From the sequence record OR699282.2: 64,000 bases of DNA; one strand, written 5' to 3'. Made by a program: the position numbers and the translations under genes. The notes under the pieces are model-generated. The model was given only the letters and a program-made list of their open reading frames with translations. It was not told the DNA's origin and searched no databases. This document shows positions 35,953 to 49,989 of the stretch, one piece after another. Each line of letters starts with the position of its first letter. The first letter of the stretch is position 1.

Positions 35953-36525
35953 ATGGCTGGTGTTGATAAAATTTGTGAATTCAGTTCAGATTATGAAGGT
36001 TACGAAATGTACAAGTCCAAGCGTAATCACATCCAAGTACTGTCAAAGTACCGTAAAGAATTCAGAGGCCACAAAGCAACATTGTATGTTTTTGAGAATG
36101 GATATTCTGAAGTTTTCACAAGTGGTGGGTACAGTACAGCTAACATGGCACATATCAACCCAAACCCAACTGAAGATGATTGGAATAGTGGTAACGCTTT
36201 TCGTATTTCAATTTTGAATAAAATGAATCGTTACGACCGTTATTGTACATTCTTTGAAAATATTTCAGAATACAAGCAAGCATTAAAGAAATATAATCAA
36301 CGCTTACTAATGAATTATGATTACATTCTTCATGTGCCAACTGTTCCAGGTCAGGTTAATGGTCTGTATACGAATAGTACACATGATTTAACTGCGGTGA
36401 AGCGTCGCCTCAAACGTATGTTGGGTTGTCGTAATTTAACAATCAAGGTTGTGCGTAATGAATCAATGTATAACTTTTTAGATGTACTACACTACACATT
36501 GAAGGATAATAATGGAAACGATTAA
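35953..36525 (+). CDS. hypothetical protein
   Basis: 190-aa ORF; promoter TTGACA-17-TATAAC near 35893; GAGGA RBS. Confidence 0.7.
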   Translation: MAGVDKICEFSSDYEGYEMYKSKRNHIQVLSKYRKEFRGHKATLYVFENGYSEVFTSGGYSTANMAHINPNPTEDDWNSGNAFRISILNKMNRYDRYCTFFENISEYKQALKKYNQRLLMNYDYILHVPTVPGQVNGLYTNSTHDLTAVKRRLKRMLGCRNLTIKVVRNESMYNFLDVLHYTLKDNNGND

Positions 36526-36705
36526 GTTTATGTTTGAGGTGTTTGTTGCATTCATCTTATGTGCTGTGTCTATTACTATTGCTTTAATCCCAGTAATCGT
36601 TTACCAAGTTAATGGTGGGACAGATCCAACAATTGATATTTTACTTCGTTGTTTCGGGTTTTTTATATGGTTGGCGATGTTTATGTACTACATGCATCTT
36701 GAGGA

Positions 36706-37542
36706 TTGATTATGTCATTAGAAAAAATAATCATTTCTGAATTCCGAAAGTATATCATGGATTGTGATAGAGATGTACAGCGTAAGTTCAATGAGTACCT
36801 TGACAAATATCCGTATTTGATGTTTAATCCGTTTGAAACTGATGATGATTTATATCTTGGTTTTTACATAGGATTTACTCAACGAATTCTTCATAAAGAT
36901 GAAATGAAACAATCTGAGATTTGGGTAGAAACTGACTCATCAGAGTCTAATGTTTTTTATCTTTATACATATTATGCCGAAATTGTTAGAGATACGACAC
37001 CTGATGGTTGTCTATTTGTACAATCTTCTGATATTGAAAGAATATATATCGAACCTGTATCTTTGGATATGGTGGCACAGCTTCCAACTATCCAAGAACT
37101 AGGTGCAGACGAATTAACTTATTCTGTATTTGAATATCTAAATAGAGATGATTTGACTCAAGAAATTGATAAAATGGTTTCTAGATATACTTCATCACTT
37201 ATTTCGAATGGTAAACTTAAATTAGAATTAATTTTTGAAGATACTAGTATTAATCCAGTAAGAGGGGTTACAATTGGAAAAGTTACCATACGTGTTGTTT
37301 ACGATAATGAAGTACTAGGATATATTTCAAAACGTGGACATGATTTATGTATAATTAGTACATTCGTTATTTCTCGTAAAAAATGGAATGATTTAATGCA
37401 AAAAATCGTGGACGGCAGTAAAATTCGTGATATAATATGTAATGACATGGTAATTATGAATCCTGATGTTGACTGTGATGTATATTTTCCAGTTCCTGGA
37501 TTTACACGAGAAAACTTTAGTAAATTGAAGGATACGAAATGA
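36706..37542 (+). CDS. hypothetical protein
   Basis: 278-aa ORF (likely start ATG 36712). Confidence 0.65.
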   Translation: MIMSLEKIIISEFRKYIMDCDRDVQRKFNEYLDKYPYLMFNPFETDDDLYLGFYIGFTQRILHKDEMKQSEIWVETDSSESNVFYLYTYYAEIVRDTTPDGCLFVQSSDIERIYIEPVSLDMVAQLPTIQELGADELTYSVFEYLNRDDLTQEIDKMVSRYTSSLISNGKLKLELIFEDTSINPVRGVTIGKVTIRVVYDNEVLGYISKRGHDLCIISTFVISRKKWNDLMQKIVDGSKIRDIICNDMVIMNPDVDCDVYFPVPGFTRENFSKLKDTK

Positions 37543-38387
37543 AAATTTTAGAAGTCTTGCTAGAAAAAGATGCATCTGGTACTCTTTATGTTGGTAATGA
37601 GTTTAGTCCAGATCCAATTGATATGTTACAGAGAATTCAAACACTGACTCAAAACATCTCGGTTAAAAAACCGTTTCAGAAAGAATTGGAAATCTTTTGT
37701 GATAAAGATATTGAACAGCATGATAATGTGATTTCAGATATTAAAAGTCTATTGACAAAAAATGGTTATGTAGAGTATAATCCTCCTATCGTAATCGTTA
37801 TTCCAGACTTCATGAAAGGAACAATCTAATGACTAAAGACGAAATGAAATCTCGCTTAAGCGAACTGAAGAAAGAACGTAAACTAGTACGTTTAGACTGG
37901 GATATCCTTAACAGGAAAGATGAGCAATCATATGCTAACTGGAGTTCTGATAAAGTACGAAATGACCGTTCTAAAGAAGATGCAAAGCAATTCATGGCAT
38001 TATCGAAGCGACTATCATCTTTGAACAGTGAAATTACTGGCCTTCAGAAAGAGATCATTTCCATTCTTAAAGCGGAGATTGAATCACTCTATGAATAAAC
38101 ATGAAGTAATTCATTTTGATGATAAGATCTATATTCCAAATATTGATAGTACTGAAACATATTACCTAATCAATAAGATTATGGCTGAAACAAATACGTG
38201 TTGTCGTCAACAGCCAGGAAAATATGAGTTCAGTCAGACTATTGGTTATTACCGATATGATATGTTAGAATCATTTACAATTGATAAGTCTAAAGTTATT
38301 GACATTCTTGTACAGAATGGATATAATGAACAACGTGTAAATGATACAGATTTACCAGTTTCAAAAATTGTTCTTTCTAATAATTAA
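37539..38387 (+). other. three small hypothetical ORFs (37539-37829, 37829-38098, about 38091-38387)
   Basis: coupled start/stop codons; 37829 looks coiled-coil. Confidence 0.55.
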
Positions 38388-38502
38388 AAATTGGACAAGA
38401 ACAGATATTGTGATATAATGTTTGTTATCGGCAGATATTAAAATGCAAACCATTCCTCAATGATGAGGGTTTTTCATAAAAAAGAAATAAAAGGGTATTA
38501 AA

Positions 38503-38712
38503 ATGGCTAAAGAAACTAACGCACAAGTACTAGATATCACCGACTTCGACCGCACTGTGAACTACATTCAATTCCAGATTCATCAAGCAGAAGAAGCTCT
38601 AGCAGTATTCCACGGTACTGGTGCAAGGCCAATCCGTTTTGCTCACTTGATTGCATGGAAGAAAAGTCTTCAAGAAGAACTATCTGAACTGCGTAAAGCA
38701 AATCGTAAGTAA
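38503..38712 (+). CDS. small stand-alone, probably highly expressed early protein
   Basis: own promoter (TGTGATATAAT near 38410) and terminator (about 38722-38750); AAC/ATC/GAC/TTC/TAC/CAC codons. Confidence 0.7.
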   Translation: MAKETNAQVLDITDFDRTVNYIQFQIHQAEEALAVFHGTGARPIRFAHLIAWKKSLQEELSELRKANRK

Positions 38713-38777
38713 TTTATCTTACCGCCTCATCATTTTTGATGGGGCATTTTAATCATATAAAGTAAGAGGATTTATAA

Positions 38778-39284
38778 ATGAGTGTTGAATATTGGTTTTT
38801 GTTTGTGTGTATTGGTACACTTGCATTAATCACCATTGGATTGATTTTCAATACCATGATTAGTGGAAGTAAGTACTTTAAGACATTCCAACTTTTAATG
38901 TCTGCTATGCCATATAGTGCTGATGCCGAAAAAACAATTTCTCTAATTTTAGATAAGTTCGATGCAAATCTTTTGGTGGCTAAAATTTCAGCATGTGATA
39001 CAAATATTTCATTCTACTCGGTTGACACGGATCTAGATGGAATTGATACACAATACTCAAATCCAGTAGTTGCTGAAATTTTCATTGGTTCAAAATATTA
39101 TGCCTATGGATATGTAAGAAAATATTATTCAGAAGCAAAAGCTGAGTTGACGAAGAAGCGACCATCAATAAAAACTTTAAAACGCATCATTGCGTTGGAA
39201 AAATCACTTCGTGGTCAAACAAGCGTTAATGAGCCACCATCAGTGATTAAATCCAAAAAAAGTAATGTTGTGGAGTTGGAGTAA
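38778..39284 (+). CDS. hypothetical membrane-anchored protein
   Basis: N-terminal TM segment; GAGGA RBS. Confidence 0.65.
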   Translation: MSVEYWFLFVCIGTLALITIGLIFNTMISGSKYFKTFQLLMSAMPYSADAEKTISLILDKFDANLLVAKISACDTNISFYSVDTDLDGIDTQYSNPVVAEIFIGSKYYAYGYVRKYYSEAKAELTKKRPSIKTLKRIIALEKSLRGQTSVNEPPSVIKSKKSNVVELE

Positions 39285-39574
39285 TGGAACCAGAAAAATC
39301 AAGAAAAATTCTTATTGATGTCCAAACTAAATTACTAGATATTATGGAAATCATCAATGAGTTACCACAGGGTTATCAGTACAAAGTTCGTGAAATGTTA
39401 TCTTGTGCCGAAACCGTTGTTTCTATGTACGATGATATTCAACATGGTATTATCCCTGATATTCTCAAAGATGACGTAAATATTAACACTGAGGTAAAAG
39501 AAACTAAATTAGAATCAGAAACAGTATCTAATAAAAAAGTTCTAGACCTTAGTGGTATAAAAATTAATATCTAA
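39284..39574 (+). CDS. hypothetical protein
   Basis: 96-aa coupled ORF. Confidence 0.55.
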   Translation: MEPEKSRKILIDVQTKLLDIMEIINELPQGYQYKVREMLSCAETVVSMYDDIQHGIIPDILKDDVNINTEVKETKLESETVSNKKVLDLSGIKINI

Positions 39575-39800
39575 AAAACATCCAATAGGAGAAGTAATGA
39601 GTAATCAAAAAATCGACTTAGTAGTAAAACTTCAAGAGATTCAAGCACTAGCTAAAGACCTTGATAACACACGTGCATCAGTAGTTGATTCACTATGTGC
39701 AACAATCCTGACTGTTTTTACAGATTACGAAAAGAAATCTGATTAAACGTTACTTTGTAAATACCCAGTACTTGACTGGGTATTTTTTTAAGGAAATAAA

Positions 39801-40193
39801 ATGACTGAATCAGAACTACACGAAATGATAGATTTCATTTATGAAATGGTACAAGATAAAAATAACATCAATACAATTGCATCAGGCCCAAGACAAATTG
39901 GTAACCAAATAACATATTCTTTGTCCTTATGGTTACACCCGTGCATTAAGGTTGATTGTTTGTATTTCCGTCCTGATATTGATGCTTATTATTTTGTCAA
40001 TCATGATGCATTAATGAAACCACATAATCGTCCATTTGATGATACCTTTGTGACACACCCATTTTACCTGGCTGATTCCGAAGAAGATGAGTTTCAAAAG
40101 AACACAACGTTAAGCCCAGGTGAAATTTGCATCCCTTACGTACTTAAAGATAAAATGAATCACATCACAGAAGTTATGAAAACATGCTGGTAG
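39801..40193 (+). CDS. FQxS-box family protein (divergent)
   Basis: SEEDEFQKNTTLS. Confidence 0.55.
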   Translation: MTESELHEMIDFIYEMVQDKNNINTIASGPRQIGNQITYSLSLWLHPCIKVDCLYFRPDIDAYYFVNHDALMKPHNRPFDDTFVTHPFYLADSEEDEFQKNTTLSPGEICIPYVLKDKMNHITEVMKTCW

Positions 40194-40461
40194 ATGCAAT
40201 GAAACTTTGATATAATACAAATAATGATAATAGGAGGATATATGAAATTTATTGATTTTGATATTTCTAAGGCCAAAGAATTATTTGTAAGAAATGAAGT
40301 TTATGATATCATGTTACATAACGGCACTGTACAAGAAGATGTTGTGTTGTTTTCGTTTGATGGTGAAAATCTCGAAACTATATATAAATTCAGCAACTTA
40401 GATGGTGACTTTTGGGAAACCAGTGCTGTTAAAATGTATAGAATTAAAAAGGAGCATTAAC

Positions 40462-40950
40462 ATGCCAATTCGTGGTGTACCAGAACCATTAATGGAAGTT
40501 ATTAAGCATGTTCGCATTGGAGATCGAGAAGTTAATCTTCGCCGTAATAACATTTATTACTTTAAAACTTCAGAAATGAGTTCTGTACAGATTGTCATTG
40601 GTACATCTATTAAGATCACTCGCGTACTTGATGGTAGTACTGACTTCGTTGAATATAATGTACTTACTAATAAAGTAACGCATATATATAAATGGAGTGG
40701 GTATAAAACTATTAAGTATGAATTTGACTTAGCTAGAACTGAAGAAGAACGATTTATGCTGAGTACTATCAATCCAGCAAACTATCCCGATCTTGATGCA
40801 TTTTTGCTAATTTTAAAATTGTATAATGAAGCAAATCAGAAAGCTAAAGAGTATGATAGAATCATGTATGAACGCCGAAAAGAACGTGCACAAAAAAGTT
40901 ATGATCTGTATGATAGCCCATACGTAAAATATAGTAAGGGATCGAAATGA
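40462..40950 (+). CDS. FQxS-box family protein
   Basis: TEEERFMLSTINP; AAGGAG RBS before ATG 40462. Confidence 0.65.
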   Translation: MPIRGVPEPLMEVIKHVRIGDREVNLRRNNIYYFKTSEMSSVQIVIGTSIKITRVLDGSTDFVEYNVLTNKVTHIYKWSGYKTIKYEFDLARTEEERFMLSTINPANYPDLDAFLLILKLYNEANQKAKEYDRIMYERRKERAQKSYDLYDSPYVKYSKGSK

Positions 40951-41351
40951 ATAAAGAAGTTCAAATTATCATAACTCCACCTATACAAAGTCTGGATGTA
41001 TCCATTAGTGATTTTTTGGAAAAATACTATGAATGGTTTAATGAAGATTCAGTAATTTATAACCATTCATTGCCTGATGGTTTCGTTGAGCTTATTGAAT
41101 TAAATGCCAAATCACTATACTTCTGTGTTGAATACAATGATTATATGACAGATGAAGCATATCGTTTTCGTTGTACATTGTATCCTAACCATTTTTCCAT
41201 TGGTTATAAAGATTACCAGTACTGTACCACTAACTATAGTGTTGAGGAAGAATTTCAGTACAATTTACTTTATCCTGATTTAGATTATACGATTGCAGTA
41301 CTGTTGACTAAAATCATGGATTTTTATAAAGATAAATATAATGCAGCCTAA
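40947..41351 (+). CDS. FQxS-box family protein (divergent)
   Basis: SVEEEFQYNLLYPDLDY. Confidence 0.55.
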   Translation: MNKEVQIIITPPIQSLDVSISDFLEKYYEWFNEDSVIYNHSLPDGFVELIELNAKSLYFCVEYNDYMTDEAYRFRCTLYPNHFSIGYKDYQYCTTNYSVEEEFQYNLLYPDLDYTIAVLLTKIMDFYKDKYNAA

Positions 41352-41526
41352 GACATTTGATGAGTGGTTTAATCTACACTATAATATAAATGCAGCAGAT
41401 ATATACTATTTTAAGCTTGAATTGTATATATCATTGCGTAACCCAATTGAGTACTATAACAACATTATCAATTGTGATGATTTTGGTACATATTTTAGTA
41501 TAGCCGTTATGGATATTAAGAGATGA
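41341..41526 (+). CDS. microprotein possibly related to the THEEW family
   Basis: MQPKTFDEWFN. Confidence 0.45.
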   Translation: MQPKTFDEWFNLHYNINAADIYYFKLELYISLRNPIEYYNNIINCDDFGTYFSIAVMDIKR

Positions 41527-41702
41527 CACATGAAGAATGGATGACAATGATGAAAAAACGTTATGACCAGTTTGGAAATGGATTTATTGATGGTCATTTC
41601 GATATTTTACGAGACAAATATAAGTTCGAATCATATGTACTAGATGAGAATGGAAATCGTTGGTTCATCTATGAGCTTGCGGTTAGAGACAAAAAAATAT
41701 AA
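41523..41702 (+). CDS. THEEW microprotein 1 (59 aa, not in the ORF track)
   Basis: MTHEEWMTMMKKRYDQFGNGFIDGHFDILRDKYKFESYVLDENGNRWFIYELAVRDKKI. Confidence 0.75.
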   Translation: MTHEEWMTMMKKRYDQFGNGFIDGHFDILRDKYKFESYVLDENGNRWFIYELAVRDKKI

Positions 41703-41780
41703 TAATCTTTTCCATTGTCCATTGCAATGCTTTCTTTACAGAAGAATAAATGAAACACTTAATTGAACTGGATACATAAA

Positions 41781-41957
41781 ATGACACATGAAGAATGGAT
41801 AGAGTCACTAAAATATAAACATGATCATTTTGGATTTGGTATACGCCAAGGCCATTATGATGTTTTGAACGATAAAAAAACGTTCGAATCATTGGTTTTG
41901 AACGAAGATTCCAACCACTGGTTCATCTACGAGCTTGCTATTAGAGATAAAAAATAG
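41781..41957 (+). CDS. THEEW microprotein 2
   Basis: MTHEEWIESLKYKHDHFGFGIRQGHYDVLNDKKTFESLVLNEDSNHWFIYELAIRDKK. Confidence 0.75.
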   Translation: MTHEEWIESLKYKHDHFGFGIRQGHYDVLNDKKTFESLVLNEDSNHWFIYELAIRDKK

Positions 41958-41962
41958 TAAGA

Positions 41963-42298
<336 letters not shown>

Positions 42299-42299
42299 A

Positions 42300-42482
42300 A
42301 TGACACACGAAGAATGGATGTCCAAACAGCATAAAGAACATGACTGCTTTGGGAATGGCATTCGTCAGGTACATTATGATATATTAAGAGATGAAAATCT
42401 TTTCAGGTCATATGTTTTGGATACCAGAAAACCCTGGTTTATATGCGAACTGGCATTTAGAAAGTCAAATAATCAAAACTAA
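42300..42482 (+). CDS. THEEW microprotein 3
   Basis: MTHEEWMSKQHKEHDCFGNGIRQVHYDILRDENLFRSYVLDTRKPWFICELAFRK. Confidence 0.75.
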   Translation: MTHEEWMSKQHKEHDCFGNGIRQVHYDILRDENLFRSYVLDTRKPWFICELAFRKSNNQN

Positions 42483-42498
42483 ACAAGGAATACAAAAA

Positions 42499-43043
42499 AT
42501 GGAAACAACTTTATTAGAAGTTATTCAATCATTAAAACCTGAAGATGAGGTTCAAGTACTACTACATGGTTATCGTGTAAAAGGTACTGTGGTTTTAGTC
42601 AATGATACAACATTGGTTATTACAGAAACAAACCCATATGATAGTAATCAACTTGCCAATATCCATATCGATATCACTGGAATTATTGGTGTCGGTGTAT
42701 CTAAAACACTTGCATAAATCATTAATTCATTATATAATGATTATCACTGGTTCTAGATGAGGATAATATTATGCATTTTGAAAAATTCAACGTAAATCGT
42801 AACACACGCATTGAAGTTCTTTATGAAACTCAAGACACCATTAGTATTCGTACAAGTAGTGGGGATGTATATCATGACTGTACGATTGGCTGGGAACAGG
42901 GAAGAACGCGTAGTGCAGTATTTGATAATTATCGCTTTTATCAAGGAGACACTACGATTTGGCCTGAATACGTAGAAGATATTGCGTTTGAAGATGAACA
43001 TAAAGATGAATTTATCAAATTTAATCCTCAAACTGAATCATAA
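42499..43043 (+). other. two small hypothetical ORFs (about 42499-42717 and 42771-43043)
   Basis: AAGGA and GAGGA RBS; promoter TTGCAT-17-TATAAT near 42710. Confidence 0.55.
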
Positions 43044-43060
43044 ATAATGGGACATCACAT

Positions 43061-43176
<116 letters not shown>

Positions 43177-43180
43177 AAAT

Positions 43181-43282
<102 letters not shown>

Positions 43283-43287
43283 AAACC

Positions 43288-43448
43288 ATGACGCATGAAG
43301 AATGGATGAATGACATTAATTTTAGATATTCGGGTATCGGTAAATGGCTAAAGTATCATTGGGAATTCATTTCAGAGCCACATATGTATGATAAACTTAT
43401 CAACGATCCAGCATATGAAATGTACTTAATTGAACTACTGGTACGAAT

Positions 43449-43452
<4 letters not shown>
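43288..43452 (+). CDS. THEEW microprotein 4 (54 aa)
   Basis: MTHEEWMNDINFRYSGIGKWLKYHWEFISEPHMYDKLINDPAYEMYLIELLVRI; AAGGT RBS. Confidence 0.7.
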
Positions 43453-43614
<162 letters not shown>

Positions 43615-43624
43615 AAAAAAAAGA

Positions 43625-44037
<413 letters not shown>

Positions 44038-44063
44038 CTAAATAATTCAGTACTGTATAATGC

Positions 44064-44147
<84 letters not shown>

Positions 44148-44400
44148 TTAATAATTCAAAGGTGAATATGATGCTATCACACAAAACAGCAACTGTTGAA
44201 AATATTGAATCATTATCTGCACAAGAATTGGTTGACAAAATTAAAGAAGTATGTGATAATAATGGCATTGATATGAATGATACATTTATTAGTGTAGGTT
44301 ATGGTGATTTAGAAATTCAATCTAAAACACTATATTATACTTGACTAAATAGTTCAGTACCGAAGGAGATTAATATGTTTAAAGATGAACGTCCAGATTT

Positions 44401-44441
<41 letters not shown>

Positions 44442-44447
44442 GAATTC

Positions 44448-44790
44448 CACAATCAGACGTATATGGTGTAAGTTACGTCGATGCAATCCAGAACAAGATC
44501 TCTGGTACTCTAGGAAGTGGTGAATGTTAACCTAGACGGGTTTGATAATTGGACGATAGGCAATTATTACTTGACTAGCAGGTTGAAACTAGAGGTGACA
44601 GTCCTTCACCAAACTGGAAAACCGGATGGACTTTTATTTAAAAGGGTAAGGCGTGGAAATATGTTTACAGAAGTTGCTTTTAGTAGCCTGTACGCCCCAC
44701 GTCAAGGTAGCCGAAAGGCAAGTTAAAACGGATGGTTATAAAGCTGAATTAACAGCGGCGTTTAAAAGCGTCACCATCCATTTTTTTTAA
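44448..44790 (+). ncRNA. candidate large structured ncRNA A (about 340 nt)
   Basis: behind promoter 44413-44441; about 10 consecutive hairpins incl. GCC-GAAA-GGC; GGATGGT/ACCATCC closing stem then T8. Confidence 0.65.
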
Positions 44791-44804
44791 TTAAAGTTGG
44801 TGAT

Positions 44805-45194
<390 letters not shown>

Positions 45195-45210
45195 TATTAA
45201 GTATTGATAT

Positions 45211-45456
<246 letters not shown>

Positions 45457-45461
45457 CTAAA

Positions 45462-45626
<165 letters not shown>

Positions 45627-45650
45627 ACGAAATTACAATAGGAAATTAAA

Positions 45651-47071
<1,421 letters not shown>

Positions 47072-47073
47072 TA

Positions 47074-47130
<57 letters not shown>

Positions 47131-47215
47131 AGTAAGAGTAAAAATGAAAGTAAGTAAAAAAACTACCAAGCAGCTTGAAGAACTTTGTAGTGCTGCACCT
47201 ATGCCGACTCTTGGC

Positions 47216-47316
<101 letters not shown>

Positions 47317-47328
47317 TATCTTACTTCT

Positions 47329-47410
<82 letters not shown>

Positions 47411-47424
47411 AATAAAGGTACACT

Positions 47425-47850
47425 ATGAAATACAACATTGTTAAAATGGTGAACTATGTATTAAAAAACAACGCATGGTCACTGCATGATGTACATATAG
47501 AAGATATTGGTGAAGTTAGAGTATTTTGCTATGATCCAGATTTGAATCAAACCACAGATTTGAGTAAATGTTTTAATATTTTTCTTGGTTATGAATTCAA
47601 TAATCATTTTTATTCATTTGATGTGTATTTTGAAAAAGTTATATTCAGAAGTTATGAATGTGATAATGAAGATTATGATTATGATGATGAATCAATTGAA
47701 TTGAATGTTAACGATATTGATACTGAAGAAAAATTCTTCCAGTACTGCCTCGTTAACAACACATTAGGATTAACATTTGATGACATTAGTGCTATCCTTA
47801 AAGTTCAAAAATTGATTCCAGAAGAGGTATTAAATCCGTTAAATGACTAG
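47425..47850 (+). CDS. FQxS-box family protein
   Basis: TEEKFFQYCLVNNTLGLTFDDI. Confidence 0.75.
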   Translation: MKYNIVKMVNYVLKNNAWSLHDVHIEDIGEVRVFCYDPDLNQTTDLSKCFNIFLGYEFNNHFYSFDVYFEKVIFRSYECDNEDYDYDDESIELNVNDIDTEEKFFQYCLVNNTLGLTFDDISAILKVQKLIPEEVLNPLND

Positions 47851-48050
47851 AACAGTTTACAAGCACAATGGTGTGGTGTATCTAGCAGATAATACTGGAA
47901 CTTGGATTGTTAATCAAGGTAATCCACCAAATCCATATTCAGTTGGAAGTGAGTTTTCACTTAAAAGAACATGGCTATCAACTGATAATATGTGTAAGTA
48001 TGGGGATTTTGATACATATGAAGATGCTATGAATCGTGTTCGTTCTATAA

Positions 48051-48428
48051 TTGATTAAAAGGTACTTGATGGATAGTCTAATAGTACGTATAATGCAAGA
48101 TGTTCGTAAGAATCTTTATACTGGTAATTTTGATGATCATAACATAAAAATATTATGTTATGATGGTTTCACACTGACACATCCATCAGAATCTAATAAT
48201 ATATACATAGCATATACTTCTCCTAATATTTTGTATCAATTTGATTTATATAGTACAATGGCTAAGATAACCTTAGATGTTTCTAATGAGCCGATTTTTA
48301 TAGCAGTACGTGATGTTGAGTACACAGAAGAGTCATTATTCCAGTACTCAATGATAAATGACATTGGTGACTTGACATTAGAAGAAATAAATGTTATAGT
48401 TGGTATGTGTCGTTTGATTAATCCATAA
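48051..48428 (+). CDS. FQxS-box family protein
   Basis: TEESLFQYSMINDIGDLTLEEI. Confidence 0.75.
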   Translation: MIKRYLMDSLIVRIMQDVRKNLYTGNFDDHNIKILCYDGFTLTHPSESNNIYIAYTSPNILYQFDLYSTMAKITLDVSNEPIFIAVRDVEYTEESLFQYSMINDIGDLTLEEINVIVGMCRLINP

Positions 48429-48441
48429 CTCGGAGCTTAAT

Positions 48442-48917
48442 ATGTTTTGGAATTTGTTATGCTTATTTGGTCGTACATTGGTTCTTGCTATTATTCATAC
48501 ACCTGGTATTCGTAATTATGTTTCTTATGAATTTAAGAAAAATTATCATAACAATACTGAAGTTCGTACAACTAAGATGTGCAAAGACTTCAAGGTAGAT
48601 GTTCCACCATTCAAGAAGTACGAGGATGAATAATGGAATTCATTGTTGCACCTGATGAACTTAAAACATTTACGTTCAGAGATAATAACAATTATCCTTA
48701 TACAAATCATTCATTGAATTCATTGCATGTTATTTCAATCATTGCATCTGAATACAGAGATAATCCATGTATTGATTTTAAAACCACTGATGGTGAATAT
48801 ACATGGGTGTTCCCAAAAGATAAATATAGTTATCAAGGGGCAGTAGAAATTCGTGACTCGATTCTAAAACAAATCGAAGATGGAAATACTCATCCTAAAC
48901 TAAACACTCAGTACTGA
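48442..48917 (+). other. two small hypothetical ORFs (48442-48633, 48633-48917)
   Basis: GGAG and GAGGA RBS, coupled. Confidence 0.55.
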
Positions 48918-48930
48918 AATCGTTTAACCC

Positions 48931-49070
48931 GATAGCTTCTAGTCAGTACTGATTCCTCCTTATGTATAGAAGCTATCACTTTTTTACGTATAATGATATT
49001 ACCCTCAAATTCATTATATTCGTTACCCTCTAACAGTATCTTTTTATTCCTCTTGGATGCTGTAATTTAG
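48931..49070 (+). ncRNA. array of four hairpins with CCUC-containing loops
   Basis: loops contain TTCCTCCTT, ACCCTC, CCCTC and TTCCTC; first stem is an 11-bp terminator-like hairpin. Confidence 0.45.
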
Positions 49071-49142
49071 AAGTTGACTTTTTAACTTCTACTGTGTTAT
49101 ACTTAAGGCTGATTCGATGAATCGGCCTTTTTTCTTATATAG

Positions 49143-49571
49143 GTGAATGCAATGAGTTATTTGTTTACTTTAATTGATAAGTATGTTGACATTGTATACC
49201 GTCAAGTTTGTAGTGATACGTTTGAAACAAAAAACCCAATTAGAGATGGCATTTTTGATGTTGTCGTTGGATCATTTTTGAATGGATACACCGAGACATT
49301 ATACAACAGTAATAATATTTTTATTTCAGTTCAATCCAGACATACATCAGACTATGCTGTTAGCATTGATATTTGGGAAAATAATATAGAAATAGATATA
49401 ACGGAACATACTAACATTCATGTTGATGATACATTTAATCAATTAACTGAAGAAATGTACTTGCAGTTGAATTTTGTACATGATCTTACAAATATCAGTT
49501 ATGATACATTAAGGAAAATATGTTTTCTTAGTGGGGTGATCCGTAGTAATATGAGTAAGGATGGGAAGTGA
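49143..49571 (+). CDS. FQxS-box family protein
   Basis: TEEMYLQLNFVHDLTNISYDTL. Confidence 0.7.
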   Translation: MNAMSYLFTLIDKYVDIVYRQVCSDTFETKNPIRDGIFDVVVGSFLNGYTETLYNSNNIFISVQSRHTSDYAVSIDIWENNIEIDITEHTNIHVDDTFNQLTEEMYLQLNFVHDLTNISYDTLRKICFLSGVIRSNMSKDGK

Positions 49572-49989
49572 AATGTTAAAAATTCCACCTAAGTCGTTAA
49601 CACATCTTATTGAATGTGGTGTAATATTTTCCGAAGGTGATACCTCATCATACACATCGGTCGATGAACCTTATAATTTTTCATACCAATCTTATAAAAA
49701 TAATTCTAAAATTTCTTGTAGATATGCTGAAAACATATTAATAGATGTTTCGTTACATAATGTTCCGAAATTTTACATTGATATCTTTGGTGATTCTTTG
49801 ACAATTCGAACATATGATTATTTTATTAATAACGACCTCTTGAGTCTTCCAATTGAACATGATACTATAGATTCAGAGATGTTCTTTCAACTATCAACAG
49901 TTTACGATTTACAGGGTTTAACTGTTGAGCAGTTGAATGGAATATTTGAGATTTCACGAAACATACGAAGCAGGAATAAAAATGTCTAA
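49561..49989 (+). CDS. FQxS-box family protein
   Basis: DSEMFFQLSTVYDLQGLTVEQL. Confidence 0.75.
   Translation: MGSEMLKIPPKSLTHLIECGVIFSEGDTSSYTSVDEPYNFSYQSYKNNSKISCRYAENILIDVSLHNVPKFYIDIFGDSLTIRTYDYFINNDLLSLPIEHDTIDSEMFFQLSTVYDLQGLTVEQLNGIFEISRNIRSRNKNV

Noticed and set aside
44517-44726. 69-aa GTG ORF as a real gene
   Set aside because: No clear RBS, and it lies inside a densely base-paired region better explained as RNA structure; not fully excluded.
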